A stretch of 64,000 nucleotides of DNA, from the NCBI GenBank assembly GCA_963841435.1, contig CAWJCS010000003.1:1248001-1312000 (forward strand), read 5' to 3'. A program made the translations under genes and the position numbers. Source of the DNA: an uncultured delta proteobacterium (lineage in GTDB: Bacteria > Myxococcota_A > Polyangia > Polyangiales > Polyangiaceae). A model generated the notes under the pieces. The model did not search any database. It was not told where the DNA came from and saw nothing but the letters and a program-made list of their open reading frames with translations. Shown piece after piece: positions 46,371-55,854 of the stretch (positions within the stretch are counted from its first letter, which is position 1; each line of letters starts with the position of its first letter).

Positions 46371-49111
46371 ACGCCGGCTCGCGCCCCGGCCCAACGCGAC
46401 TTACGACGCCGGAGCCCCACGAGGCCGAGTAGGGCCGACAGCAGCGCGAGCGGGACGTCGTTGGTCGAGCCACCGGGCACGGCGCAGCCGCAGCCGCCGC
46501 TCTTCTTGCTGACCGAGGTCCTGCCAACCCCTGGCGCTTCGCCGGCTTGGCCCGCTTCGGGGCTCTCGCCGCCGACCGACGCGCCGCCCGTGCCGCTCCG
46601 ACCACCGCCTGGGGCAGCGCCACTGCCACCCGTCCCACCGCCCGTCGTCTCGTTGCCTGCCTCGCCGCCGGCGCCCGCCTCAACCGCGCCGGCCTCGCCG
46701 CCGCTCGCCGTGGTGCCACCCGTCCCACCCGTCTGCGTCGCCGAACCGCCGCGACCGCCCGACGTGCTGCCCGTGCCACCCGTCCCACCCGTCCCGCCCG
46801 TTCCACCCGTCCCGCCGCCGCCCGTGGCGGCACCGGCTCCACCCGTCCCGCCACCGCCGCTGCCGCTGCCGGCGCTGCCCGCCGTGCCGCCCGTGCCGCC
46901 CGTGCTGGGCTCGCACACCCCCGCGGAGCAGAGCCCACCCGTGCACGGGGTGTCGTCGGCGGCGCTCGGGTTCGAACAGGTGCCGCTCGCAGGATTGCAG
47001 GTTCCGGCGACGTGGCAGGCGTCACTCGCGGAGCACACGACGGGCGCGCCGGCGCAGACGCCGCCGCCGCAGGTGTCGCTCGCCGTGCAGGCGTCGCCGT
47101 CGTCGCAGGCGACGTTGTTGTTCGCGTGCACGCAGCCCGTCACCGTGTCGCACGAGTCCGTGGTGCAGGGGTTGGTATCGTCGCAGCTTAACGCCGAGCC
47201 CGGCTGGCAGCTCCCGCCGCTGCACTGGTCGCTCACCGTGCAGGCGTTACCGTCGTCGCAGGGCGTGGCGTTCGCGGCGCCGGCGCAGGTCGCCGTCGCG
47301 CGGTCGGCCATCACGATGCCGTATCCCGAGTCGCGGTCGACACCCGAGGCCGCGATGTCGAGCGACGTCGTCTGGAGCACGGTGCGCATCTGTGTGGGCG
47401 TGAGTGCCGGCTTCGACTGGAGCAGCAGCGCGGCGATGGCAGCGGCGTGAGGCGCGGCCGCCGACGTGCCCGTGAAGGTGGCGAACCCGGGCGTCGCCGT
47501 TGCCACGCGATCCGCGGCAACGAGGTCGGGCTTCTGGCGCACGATGCCGCCCGTCGCCGAGTAGTTGCCCGGCGTGAGAGGCGTGCCGTCCGCGGCGAAG
47601 AACATGCGGCGCGGGCCGTCCGCGCTGAACGTTTCGACGGAGTTCGTCGAGCCCCCGACGAACGCGCCACCACCCGCACCGAGGACGCTCGTCGCGCCGA
47701 CCGCGTAGGCGCTCGCAGCCGCGGCGTGGCCCCAGATTTGCCCCGGCGTGGCCGTGGAAAGCCCCCCGCCGGTGGCGATGACGCGCAGGAATCGATTCGC
47801 GCCCGAGTAGAGACCCACGACGAGGCGGCGCCCGGCGTCGTTCGTGCTCGAGCTGTCGAGGAACTCGAAACCGTCCTCCGTGCCCGCCTGAAGGTTGATG
47901 CTCGCATCGATCACCGTGGAGAGCGACCCGTCGAGCAAGAACAGGTCGTAGTCGTTGGCGGACGCCAGCATCGCGTCCGCCCATTGCAGCGTGATCCACG
48001 AGGTGGGATCGACGCTGATCAGGTCCGACACCTGGCCGCCGCCGAAGTCATGCAGTGCCGTGACCTGCATCTCCTGGGCATTGACGGGCGCGAGCGTGCT
48101 CGAGGCCAACGCAAAGTCGCCCTCCCAGACGCTCGCCGTGCCGGCGTCGAAGTTGCCGCCGTTGCCCGCCGAGGAAAAGTAGAGCACGCCCGTCGCCGTC
48201 ACGTTCTCGACCGCCTGAGCAACGAGGTCGTCCTGGAGAGCCGCTTCGTTGACGTAGACGACGTCGTCGACGATCACATCGGCGCCCCGCGACGCGAGCT
48301 CGGTGATGTTCTGTGCGAACTGGGCCATTCCGCCGCCGGCGGTCGCGAACAAGAGCTGTGCTCCCGGCGCGAGATCGTAGAGAACCTCGAGCATCGCCGT
48401 GCCCTCGTCGCCGCTTCCCGCCTGACCCGGCACGACCGTCACCGCGGGCAGATCGCCGGTGGCCTGCCGCGCGGCGAGCGAGTTGACACCGTTCGAGAGC
48501 AGGCCGATTTTGATGCCGGTTCCGTCGATGGAGTGGCTCGAACGCGCCACAGCGGCGCGGTGCGCGACGTCACCCTGCGAGGTGTTGGTCTTCTGCACCA
48601 ACGCGGGTGCGGCGCGCCGGATTGTGCGTACCCCAGGCTCGGCCGCCAGGCTCTCGAGACCAGAAAGCGGCATGGTCGCACGAAGCGCGCCGAAGCGCGG
48701 AACCCAGCTCTTGACCACGCCGCCGAGCGCGCGCAGGCGCTCGAGCACGCGCTCGCCATCGGTGACGCGGATATCGACGAGCACCGCGCCGTCATGGAGC
48801 TCGACGGTGGAGCGCAGATCCGGAAGCGCGCGAAACAGCTCGTCGCCACGCTGCCGCCGGACCTCGAGGAGGAGCGACGAATCGATCTTGCGTTGCGTGG
48901 CGGTGAAGGCGCGCTTTTCGGCCCCCAAGCGCCGCATTTGCTCGAGCGCGCTCGTCTGGATGCGCGAGCGGTCGGGCGGCGCGACGGGAGCTCTCGCCGT
49001 GTCATCGCCGAGCGGGCGCTCTTCGGACGGCGCGAGCTTGCCGCAGCCGAGAGCAAGCGCTCCGAGCGCGGCAAGGCTCAGGGCTCGCAACAGCTGCTTT
49101 TCAACAATCAT
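46358..49111 (-). CDS. S8/S53-like serine protease lipoprotein with Cys-rich repeats, Gly-rich linker and MYXO-CTERM
   Basis: Lipobox LALG-C; DEGTAMLE, SSAGN, KPD, FTGTSAAAPH; CDDGNACT repeats; GGCGC-hydrophobic-RRRK tail. Confidence 0.88.
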   Translation of the reverse strand: MIVEKQLLRALSLAALGALALGCGKLAPSEERPLGDDTARAPVAPPDRSRIQTSALEQMRRLGAEKRAFTATQRKIDSSLLLEVRRQRGDELFRALPDLRSTVELHDGAVLVDIRVTDGERVLERLRALGGVVKSWVPRFGALRATMPLSGLESLAAEPGVRTIRRAAPALVQKTNTSQGDVAHRAAVARSSHSIDGTGIKIGLLSNGVNSLAARQATGDLPAVTVVPGQAGSGDEGTAMLEVLYDLAPGAQLLFATAGGGMAQFAQNITELASRGADVIVDDVVYVNEAALQDDLVAQAVENVTATGVLYFSSAGNGGNFDAGTASVWEGDFALASSTLAPVNAQEMQVTALHDFGGGQVSDLISVDPTSWITLQWADAMLASANDYDLFLLDGSLSTVIDASINLQAGTEDGFEFLDSSSTNDAGRRLVVGLYSGANRFLRVIATGGGLSTATPGQIWGHAAAASAYAVGATSVLGAGGGAFVGGSTNSVETFSADGPRRMFFAADGTPLTPGNYSATGGIVRQKPDLVAADRVATATPGFATFTGTSAAAPHAAAIAALLLQSKPALTPTQMRTVLQTTSLDIAASGVDRDSGYGIVMADRATATCAGAANATPCDDGNACTVSDQCSGGSCQPGSALSCDDTNPCTTDSCDTVTGCVHANNNVACDDGDACTASDTCGGGVCAGAPVVCSASDACHVAGTCNPASGTCSNPSAADDTPCTGGLCSAGVCEPSTGGTGGTAGSAGSGSGGGGTGGAGAATGGGGTGGTGGTGGTGGTGSTSGGRGGSATQTGGTGGTTASGGEAGAVEAGAGGEAGNETTGGGTGGSGAAPGGGRSGTGGASVGGESPEAGQAGEAPGVGRTSVSKKSGGCGCAVPGGSTNDVPLALLSALLGLVGLRRRKSRWAGARAGVQAR
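46600..46905 (-). repeat. Low-complexity Gly-Gly-Thr coding repeat (linker)
   Basis: Tandem 9-nt units such as CCACCCGTC/CCGCCCGTG on the plus strand encoding GGT on the minus strand. Confidence 0.7.
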
Positions 49112-49257
49112 CGATTCCCCGACCGCACCTCATTTATATCCAGGTATCGGTGCCTCGTCTAGCGCTCTTTCACCCCGCCACTCGCCCCACCACTTCCGCC
49201 GCGACGGCGGCGCTCGGTCAGGCGCGCCCGGCCTCGAGCCATCGCCCGACTGTCGGC

Positions 49258-51043
49258 TCAGCGCTCGCCCTCGAGGTCCACGGTGCTGGCGAACTCGCGG
49301 TAAAGGGCCGCGTAGTGGCCACCCTTCGCCAAGAGCTCGTGATGGTCACCCCGCTCGACGATACGACCCTGATCGAGCACCAGGACCTGGTCGGCGTGGC
49401 GCACCGTGCTCAGCCGGTGGGCGACGACGAAGCTCGTGCGACCCGCGAGCAGTCGAACGAGAGCCGCCTGCACCCGTGCCTCCGTCACGGTGTCGACCGA
49501 GCTCGTCGCTTCGTCGAGCAAGAGGATGCGAGGATTGGCGAGCATGGCGCGCGCGAAGCAGACGATCTGGCGCTGCCCCAGCGAAAGGCCGCTCCCTCGC
49601 TCGCCGACCTGGGTTTCGAGACCGTCCGGCAAGCCCTCGAGCAGGTCGAGCACGTCGAGCGAGCGCGCCGCCTCACGGACCTCGGAAAGCGATGCTCCCG
49701 GCCTTCCGAGTCGGATGTTGTCCGCGACGCTGCCGGTGAACACGAAGTTTGCCTGCGTTACGCTCGCGATCTGGCGGCGTAGTGACCGGCTCGTCACGCC
49801 GGCGATGTCCCGCCCGTCGACCAGAATCGTGCCGCTCGTCGGTAGATAGAGCTTGGCGACGAGGCTCATGAGCGTGCTCTTGCCGCCGCCCGTCGGGCCG
49901 ACGAGTGCCAGCGTCTGACCGGGCCCTGCCGCGAGCGACACGTGGTCGAGCACGCGCCGACCGGGTTCGTACTCGAACACGACATCGCGAAGCTCGACGC
50001 GCCCCTCGACGGGCGGCAGCTCGGCGGCGCCCGGGGCGTCGCGGAAGTCGGGTGGCTGGTCGAGCAGGGCGAAGACCCGCTCGGCGCCGGCCATGGCCGC
50101 GAGCGCCTGGTTGTACTGGTTGCCGAGCATGGGAATCGCGCCGAAGAAGGCGTTCGACAGGAAGAGGAAGGCGATGAGCGCGTCGAGCGGCACGTGGCCG
50201 GCGAGCGCCTGGTAGCCGCCGACCACGAGCAAGATGGCCAAAAACAGTTGCCCATTGAGCTCGAGCAGCGGCTGGAACACGGCAGCCTGCTTGGCGGCGC
50301 CGAAGTTGTAGCGAGAATGGTCGAAAATGAGCTGGGCGAACAATTCGCCGTTGAGCCCCTGCCGCACGAAGCTCTGGATCTCGCGGATGCCGGTGACGCT
50401 CTCGGCGAGCCGCGCCGTCACACGGCTGAAGCTCTCCTGCTGCGCTCGGTAGGCGCGGCTGAGACCGAGCCGGAAGTAGCGCACGAGCCCCCAAAGGATG
50501 GGCGCCATCGCGAGCACCACCAGAAAGAGCTGCCAGTCGTAGTAAAGCATCATGGCCGCCGAGATCAGCAGATTGCCCAGCTGAACGGTGCTGACGAACG
50601 CCACGTCTTGCACGCCGACGCGCACAACGTCGACGTCAGAGGTGATGCGGCCGAGCAGGCGACCGATCGGCGTGCGCCGAAAGAACGCCATCTGCATCGT
50701 CAGCAGGTGCGCGTAGATCTCGTTTCTCAAGTCGTGGACGACGGCTTCTCCGAGCTCGAGCGCCAGTCGCGAGCGATACACGAAGCAGATCTCCGTCACG
50801 ACGACGAGGGCAAGGAGCCCCGTGACACCACGCACGATGCCGGGTGCGTCCTGGTGCGCGATGGGTCCGCTGATGACGCGGGCGGTCGCCCAGGTGACGA
50901 ACGGCAGCTGGATGGAGCGCACGACGACCAGAAAAAATAGCCAGTTTCGCAGCCGCCGGTGCGGGCGCGTGTAGCCGAGCAAGCGCCGGATGATGGCCGC
51001 TTCGAGCGGACGCTGGTTGAACGCTCCGGGGCGGGCGTTTCAC
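49258..51043 (-). CDS. ABC exporter half-transporter (TMD+NBD), second subunit; +1 frameshift just after the start
   Basis: GPTGGGKST, LSLGQRQ, LLLDEAT, VAHRLST; GTGA overlap with the upstream ABC gene. Confidence 0.9.
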
Positions 51044-52900
51044 GCGCGCACCCCCCGGCCCTCGAGCAGGCTCTGGCTCTCGGGGTCCGCAATCTGTAGG
51101 GCGGCGTTTTCGAAGTACAGCCCTCGCCGTCGCATGAGCTGTTCGTGCGTGCCGTCCTCGACGAGCCGCCCCCGGTCGAGCACGACGATGCGCTCGGCGC
51201 GCCGGAGCGTCGACAGACGGTTGGCGACGAGGAGCGTCGTGCGACCGCGCCGCGCGCCGTCGATGGCATCGAGGATCTCCGTCTCGGTCCTCGCGTCCAC
51301 GGCCGTCGTGGGGTCGTCGAGCAGCAGGATGGGCGGATCGGCGAGCACGGCGCGCGCGATGGCGAGGCGCTGTCGTTGTCCCCCGGAAAGATTGCCCGCG
51401 CCCTCCTCGAGGAGCGTGTCGTAACCTTCGGGAAGGCGCGCCACGAATTCGTGAGCCCCGGCGAGCCGCGCTGCCGCCTCGATGCGCTCCCGGCTCGCGC
51501 CCGGCAGGCCGAACGCGACGTTTTCCGCCACCGTGGCGCGGAAAAGCAGGCTCTCTTGGAAGACCAGGCCCACCTGCCGCCGCAGGCAGTCGAGGTCGAG
51601 CGACCTCACGTCGAAGCCCCCGACTTTCACGCTGCCGGCGGTGGCGTCGAAGAAGCGCGGTACGAGCCCGAGCAGCGTGCTCTTGCCGGCGCCCGTCGCG
51701 CCGAGGATCGCGACGCAGGTCCCGGGCTCGATCCGAAGATCGATGTCGGAAAGCACGTCGCCTGAGCCATAGCGGAACGACACGTGCAATAGCTCGATGC
51801 TGCCCTCTAGGCGCTCACGCACGACCGGCGACGGCGGGCTCTTCACGTCGAGCGGCGCGTCGAGCACCTCGAACACGCGCTCTGCGCCACTCAGGCTCTG
51901 TTGCAGCGTATTGACGATGCCGGCCGCGCTCGCCACCTGCGCCGAGAACTGCTGCAGGAGCCCCGCGAACACGATGAGCTCACCCAGTGAGAGCACGCCG
52001 CGCACGACGAGCGTACCGCCGTACGAAAGCAGCACGGCAACGTTCAGCTGAGAAATGAAGCCGATCGTGGGACTGAAGCGCGAAACGCGCACGAACAGCG
52101 AGTGCTGCGCCGTGCGCACCTCGCGGTTGCGCTCGCGAAAGCGCGCCATCTCCTCCGGCTCGCGCCCGAACACCTTCACGACGAGCATGCCGCGGATGCC
52201 CTCGGCCATCGCCAGAAGCAGGCGGTCGGCGAGCTCGCGCACGTGGAGGTAGCCCGGGCGCACGAGCCGCGAGAAGCGCACCGTCACGAACCACAAGAGC
52301 GGGGTGAGCGCGAGGCACACGAACGTCAAAGCGACGTGCGTGCGCAGCATGTAGACGAGGTAGAGGCCCAGCGAGAGCACCATGATCAGCCCTTGCAGGA
52401 GCACCCCGTCGACGAACGAGCGCACGGACTGCACGTCGCCCGTGACGCGATTGATGATCGAGCCGCTCGCGTTGTCGTCGAAGAAGCGGAAGCTGAGACG
52501 CTGGAGCTTGTCGAACACCCGCGTGCGGAGCTCGGGCACGAGACGGAGGTGCACGAGCTTACCGACCGTGCTGGAATACGCGTACGAAAGCAGCGTACGC
52601 ACGAGCGCCATCCCCAGCACGGCCGCGCCGAGGGCGAGGAGCGTCCGCTCGACACCGAAGCTCTCGGGCGGCGCGACACCGAGCGGCCAGCGCGGAGCCG
52701 GAGAGCCGGGCCTGAGCGCTTTGCGGACGATGTCAACGGCGACGCCGCTCAGACCGAGACCCGTCACGCCGAGCGCGAGCAACGCGACCTGGGTCGCGAA
52801 AATCGTGATGCACTCGCGGGGATAGTCGAAAGCTCAGGGCGAGGAGGCGCCTCACGAGCCCGGCGCTTTCGCTTTCGCGGGGGGCTCCGGGGTCTGACAT
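51040..52900 (-). CDS. ABC exporter half-transporter (TMD+NBD), first subunit; +1 frameshift near 52830
   Basis: GATGAGKST, LSGGQRQ, LLLDDPT, VANRLST; ATG 52900 joins after removing one T. Confidence 0.9.
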
Positions 52901-52960
52901 CGCGGGCGCTTCTTAGCACCGCTCTTCGGGTTCCCGCGCACCGGCTGAACCCGAAGGCAC

Positions 52961-52989
52961 TTGCCGAAGGTCGGGCGCTGGATTATTCT
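52961..52989 (+). promoter_or_regulatory. sigma70 promoter of the leader peptide/DAHP synthase transcript
   Basis: TTGCCG-N17-TATTCT; GTG begins 8 nt after the -10 box. Confidence 0.75.
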
Positions 52990-52996
52990 GAAGTTC

Positions 52997-53074
52997 GTGA
53001 GTTCGGTGCATCGTTTCTATTGGTTCGGCTATTGGCCCGCGGACACGCGGTGCCCAGGGTCGAGCCCCGGCTAG
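52997..53074 (+). CDS. Aromatic-amino-acid-rich attenuator leader peptide MSSVHRFYWFGYWPADTRCPGSSPG
   Basis: GTG AGT TCG GTG CAT CGT TTC TAT TGG TTC GGC TAT TGG ... TAG; 6 of 7 consecutive codons are Phe/Tyr/Trp, directly upstream of DAHP synthase. Confidence 0.85.
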   Translation: MSSVHRFYWFGYWPADTRCPGSSPG

Positions 53075-53096
53075 AACACGAAGCTGCCGAAAGTCG

Positions 53097-53136
53097 AAAC
53101 CCCTGGTCGCCGCAAGCGCCCGGGGGTTTTTCGTTT
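53097..53136 (+). terminator. Attenuator (intrinsic terminator) upstream of DAHP synthase
   Basis: AAACCCCTGG(T)CGC-CGCAA-GCG(C)CCGGGGGTTT followed by TTCGTTT. Confidence 0.85.
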
Positions 53137-53150
53137 AGGGACCCCTTTTC

Positions 53151-54222
53151 ATGCACGAAACCAAGAACCTTCGCATCGTCGATACCACCTTGCTTCAGAG
53201 CCCGGAGACCATCACGACCGAGATCCCCCTCACCCCGAGGGCGGCCGACGTCGTGGTGCGCGCGCGGCGCGAGGTCGAGGCGACAATCCTGGGCAAGAGC
53301 CCCAAGCCCATCGTGATCGTCGGGCCTTGCTCGATTCACGACCCCGAGGCCGCCATCGACTACGCCACGCGCCTGGTTCGACTGCGCGAGCGCGTTTCCG
53401 ACGCGCTCACCGTGATCATGCGCGTCTACTTCGAGAAGCCGCGCACCACGGTCGGCTGGAAGGGGCTCATCAACGATCCGCACCTGAACGGCACGTTCGA
53501 CATCCCGACGGGCATTCGGCGCGCCCGCTCGTTGCTACGCGATCTCGCCGAGCTCGGGATGCCCGCCGCCACGGAGCTGCTCGACCCAATCATCCCGCAG
53601 TACATCGCGGATCTCGGTTTCCTGGGCCGCCATCGGCGCGCGAACCACGGAGAGCCAGACCCACCGCGAGATGGCGAGCGGCCTCTCGATGCCGGTCGGC
53701 TTCAAGAATGGCACGGACGGCTCCTTCGGCGTCGCCATCAACGCCATGCTCGCGGCCGCGCAAGCCCACAGTTTTCTGGGCATCGACGCGCTCGGCCGCG
53801 TGAGCGTCGTACGAACGGCGGGCAACCCTCACACGCACCTCGTGCTGCGCGGCGGCGCGAGCGGACCGAACTACGACGCGGCAGCCGTGGCCCGGGCCGT
53901 GGAAGCGCTCGGCCGCGCGCACGTGACACCGCGCGTGCTCGTCGATGCGAGCCACGACAACAGCCAGAAAAATCACGAGCGCCAGACGGAGGTGTTGGCC
54001 GAGGTGGGTCGGCAGTGGCGCGCGCCGTCGCCCCACGTGATGGGCGTCATGATCGAGAGCAACCTCGTGGCCGGCCGTCAGGATCTCAGGCACGGCGAGC
54101 GGCTCGCCTACGGACAGAGCATCACGGATGCGTGCGTCAACTTTGCGACGACCGAGCAGGCGCTGCTCACCCTCGCCGAAGACGCGGCTCGGCGCAATCT
54201 TCCCGTGGCAGCGGCCGGCTGA
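53151..54222 (+). CDS. DAHP synthase, class I-alpha (AroF/G/H type); +1 frameshift near 53618
   Basis: IVGPCSIHD, MRVYFEKPRTTVGWKGLINDP, AIGARTTESQTHREMASGLSMPVGFKNGTDG, DASHDNS, GVMIESNL, YGQSITDAC. Confidence 0.94.
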
Positions 54223-54268
54223 GCGGTTCCTGCTCGACTGGCGCGCCGTTTCGGGCCAAAAACCGGAG

Positions 54269-55795
54269 ATGCGCTGGAGCGCCCGGGCACGCCTCGTACC
54301 GCTTTGGCTTTGCGGCGCCCTCGCTGCGTGCGCCAACGACGCGAGCGAATCACCGGGCGGCTCGGGCGGCACGCCGAGCGGCGGAGCGGCGGGCACCGCG
54401 GCGGCGGGTACGGCGGGCGCGCCCGGTGGCGGCGCCGGAACCGCGAGCGGTGGCGGCGCGGGAGTAGGCGCCGCGGGCTCGAGCAGCGGCGGCAGCGCGG
54501 CGACGGGCGGCGCGGGTGCAGGCGGGGCAGGCGCGAGCGGCGGGGCGGGCGCAGGCGCCGCGGGCAGCGCGGGTCTCGGCGGCAACGCGGGCGGCGCGGG
54601 CACGGCGGGCGCGGGAGCTGGAACTGGTGGCGGCGCGGGAGACGCCGGAGCGGCCGGCATGCCGGGCATCGCGATCCCGCGGGCCGGGCGCTGTGCGGCG
54701 CCGAGCGGTGCGCTCGTGAGTGACGCACGCGCTGCGTACGACAAGTGGAAGGCCGATCTCGTGTGGTCGGACGGCGCGAACGGCGCGCTACGCGTGCGTC
54801 GCCCGGATTCGAACGGGGCCGAGGTCAATTCGACGGTCTCCGAAGGCATCGCGTACGGCATGCTCGCCGCGGTCACGATGGACGACCAGACGACCTTCGA
54901 CCAATTCTGGCGCTATTCCCAGCAGTGGCTCGACGGGAACGGTCTGATGAACTGGTACATCAACGCCGCCGGCACCCAGGCGCTCGGCACGGGTGCGGCG
55001 AGCGACGCCGACGAGGACATCGCGTTCGCACTGCTGCTCGCCGACGCGCGCTGGGGCGGCAGCGGCAGCCTTTCCGACAGCTATGCCACGCTCGCGGCAA
55101 AGCAGATCGACGCGATCTGGCAGCACGAGGTCGACCACGGCAGAAACGACGTGCTCACGCCCGGGGACCAGTTCGCCGACGGCTCGGTTATCAACATTTC
55201 CTACTTTGCCCCGGCGTTCTATCGGGCGTTCGGACGCGCGACGAACCAAGAGGCCAACTGGACGGGGGTCGTCAACGCGAGCTACGACGCCATCGAGGCG
55301 GCGCTCAACGCCACCAACGGGAATCAAGACAACGGGCTGGTCCCAGCCTGGTCCACGCCGGCCGGCGTCCCCCAGACTCCCCCGAACACGAGCCACCCGA
55401 TCCACCACCAGCTCGACTCCTGTCGGACGCCCTACCGTCTCGCGCAGGATTACTGCTGGAACGGCGAGCCACGCGCGCTTGCCTACCTCGAGAAGATTGG
55501 CTCGTTTTACGCCACGGTGGGCGCCATGAACATCGTGGACGGCTACGACCTCGACGGGACGCCGCACCCGCAGTTCGCGTCCGTCGGCAATCAGTCCGCC
55601 GCCTTCGTGGGCACGGCGGCAGTGGGCGCCATGGCGACGCCGGCGTTCGCCCAGCTGCGCGACGAAGCGTACGCCGAGGTGGCGACACTCACGCTCTTCG
55701 CGGGCAGCACGTACTACAACGAGTCGTGGACGGTGCTCTCGCTCGTCATGCTAACGGGCATGATGGACGACTTGACGCTCGGGCCCGAGCCCTGA
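54269..55795 (+). CDS. Glycoside hydrolase family 8 lipoprotein with Gly/Ala-rich linker
   Basis: Lipobox ALAA-C; TVSEGIAYGML, ASDADEDIAFALLLA, NISYFAPAFYR, YYNESW. Confidence 0.88.
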   Translation: MRWSARARLVPLWLCGALAACANDASESPGGSGGTPSGGAAGTAAAGTAGAPGGGAGTASGGGAGVGAAGSSSGGSAATGGAGAGGAGASGGAGAGAAGSAGLGGNAGGAGTAGAGAGTGGGAGDAGAAGMPGIAIPRAGRCAAPSGALVSDARAAYDKWKADLVWSDGANGALRVRRPDSNGAEVNSTVSEGIAYGMLAAVTMDDQTTFDQFWRYSQQWLDGNGLMNWYINAAGTQALGTGAASDADEDIAFALLLADARWGGSGSLSDSYATLAAKQIDAIWQHEVDHGRNDVLTPGDQFADGSVINISYFAPAFYRAFGRATNQEANWTGVVNASYDAIEAALNATNGNQDNGLVPAWSTPAGVPQTPPNTSHPIHHQLDSCRTPYRLAQDYCWNGEPRALAYLEKIGSFYATVGAMNIVDGYDLDGTPHPQFASVGNQSAAFVGTAAVGAMATPAFAQLRDEAYAEVATLTLFAGSTYYNESWTVLSLVMLTGMMDDLTLGPEP

Positions 55796-55854
55796 GCGGA
55801 CGGCGAGCCGGGGCACTCGCGCCGCCGAACGTCGCTCCGGGCGGCCGCGGCGCG

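Noticed and set aside
46600-46905. Tandem repeats as a CRISPR-like or non-coding array (also 54350-54660)
   Set aside because: In-frame Gly-rich linker codons with no repeat-spacer structure and no cas genes.
52102-53316. 404-aa plus-strand ORF spanning the DAHP synthase upstream region
   Set aside because: Antisense to the ABC gene for most of its length and in a different frame from the aromatic leader peptide.
53610-53630. Programmed frameshift in DAHP synthase or other genes
   Set aside because: No convincing slippery heptamer with a stimulator; same character as the many indel errors elsewhere.
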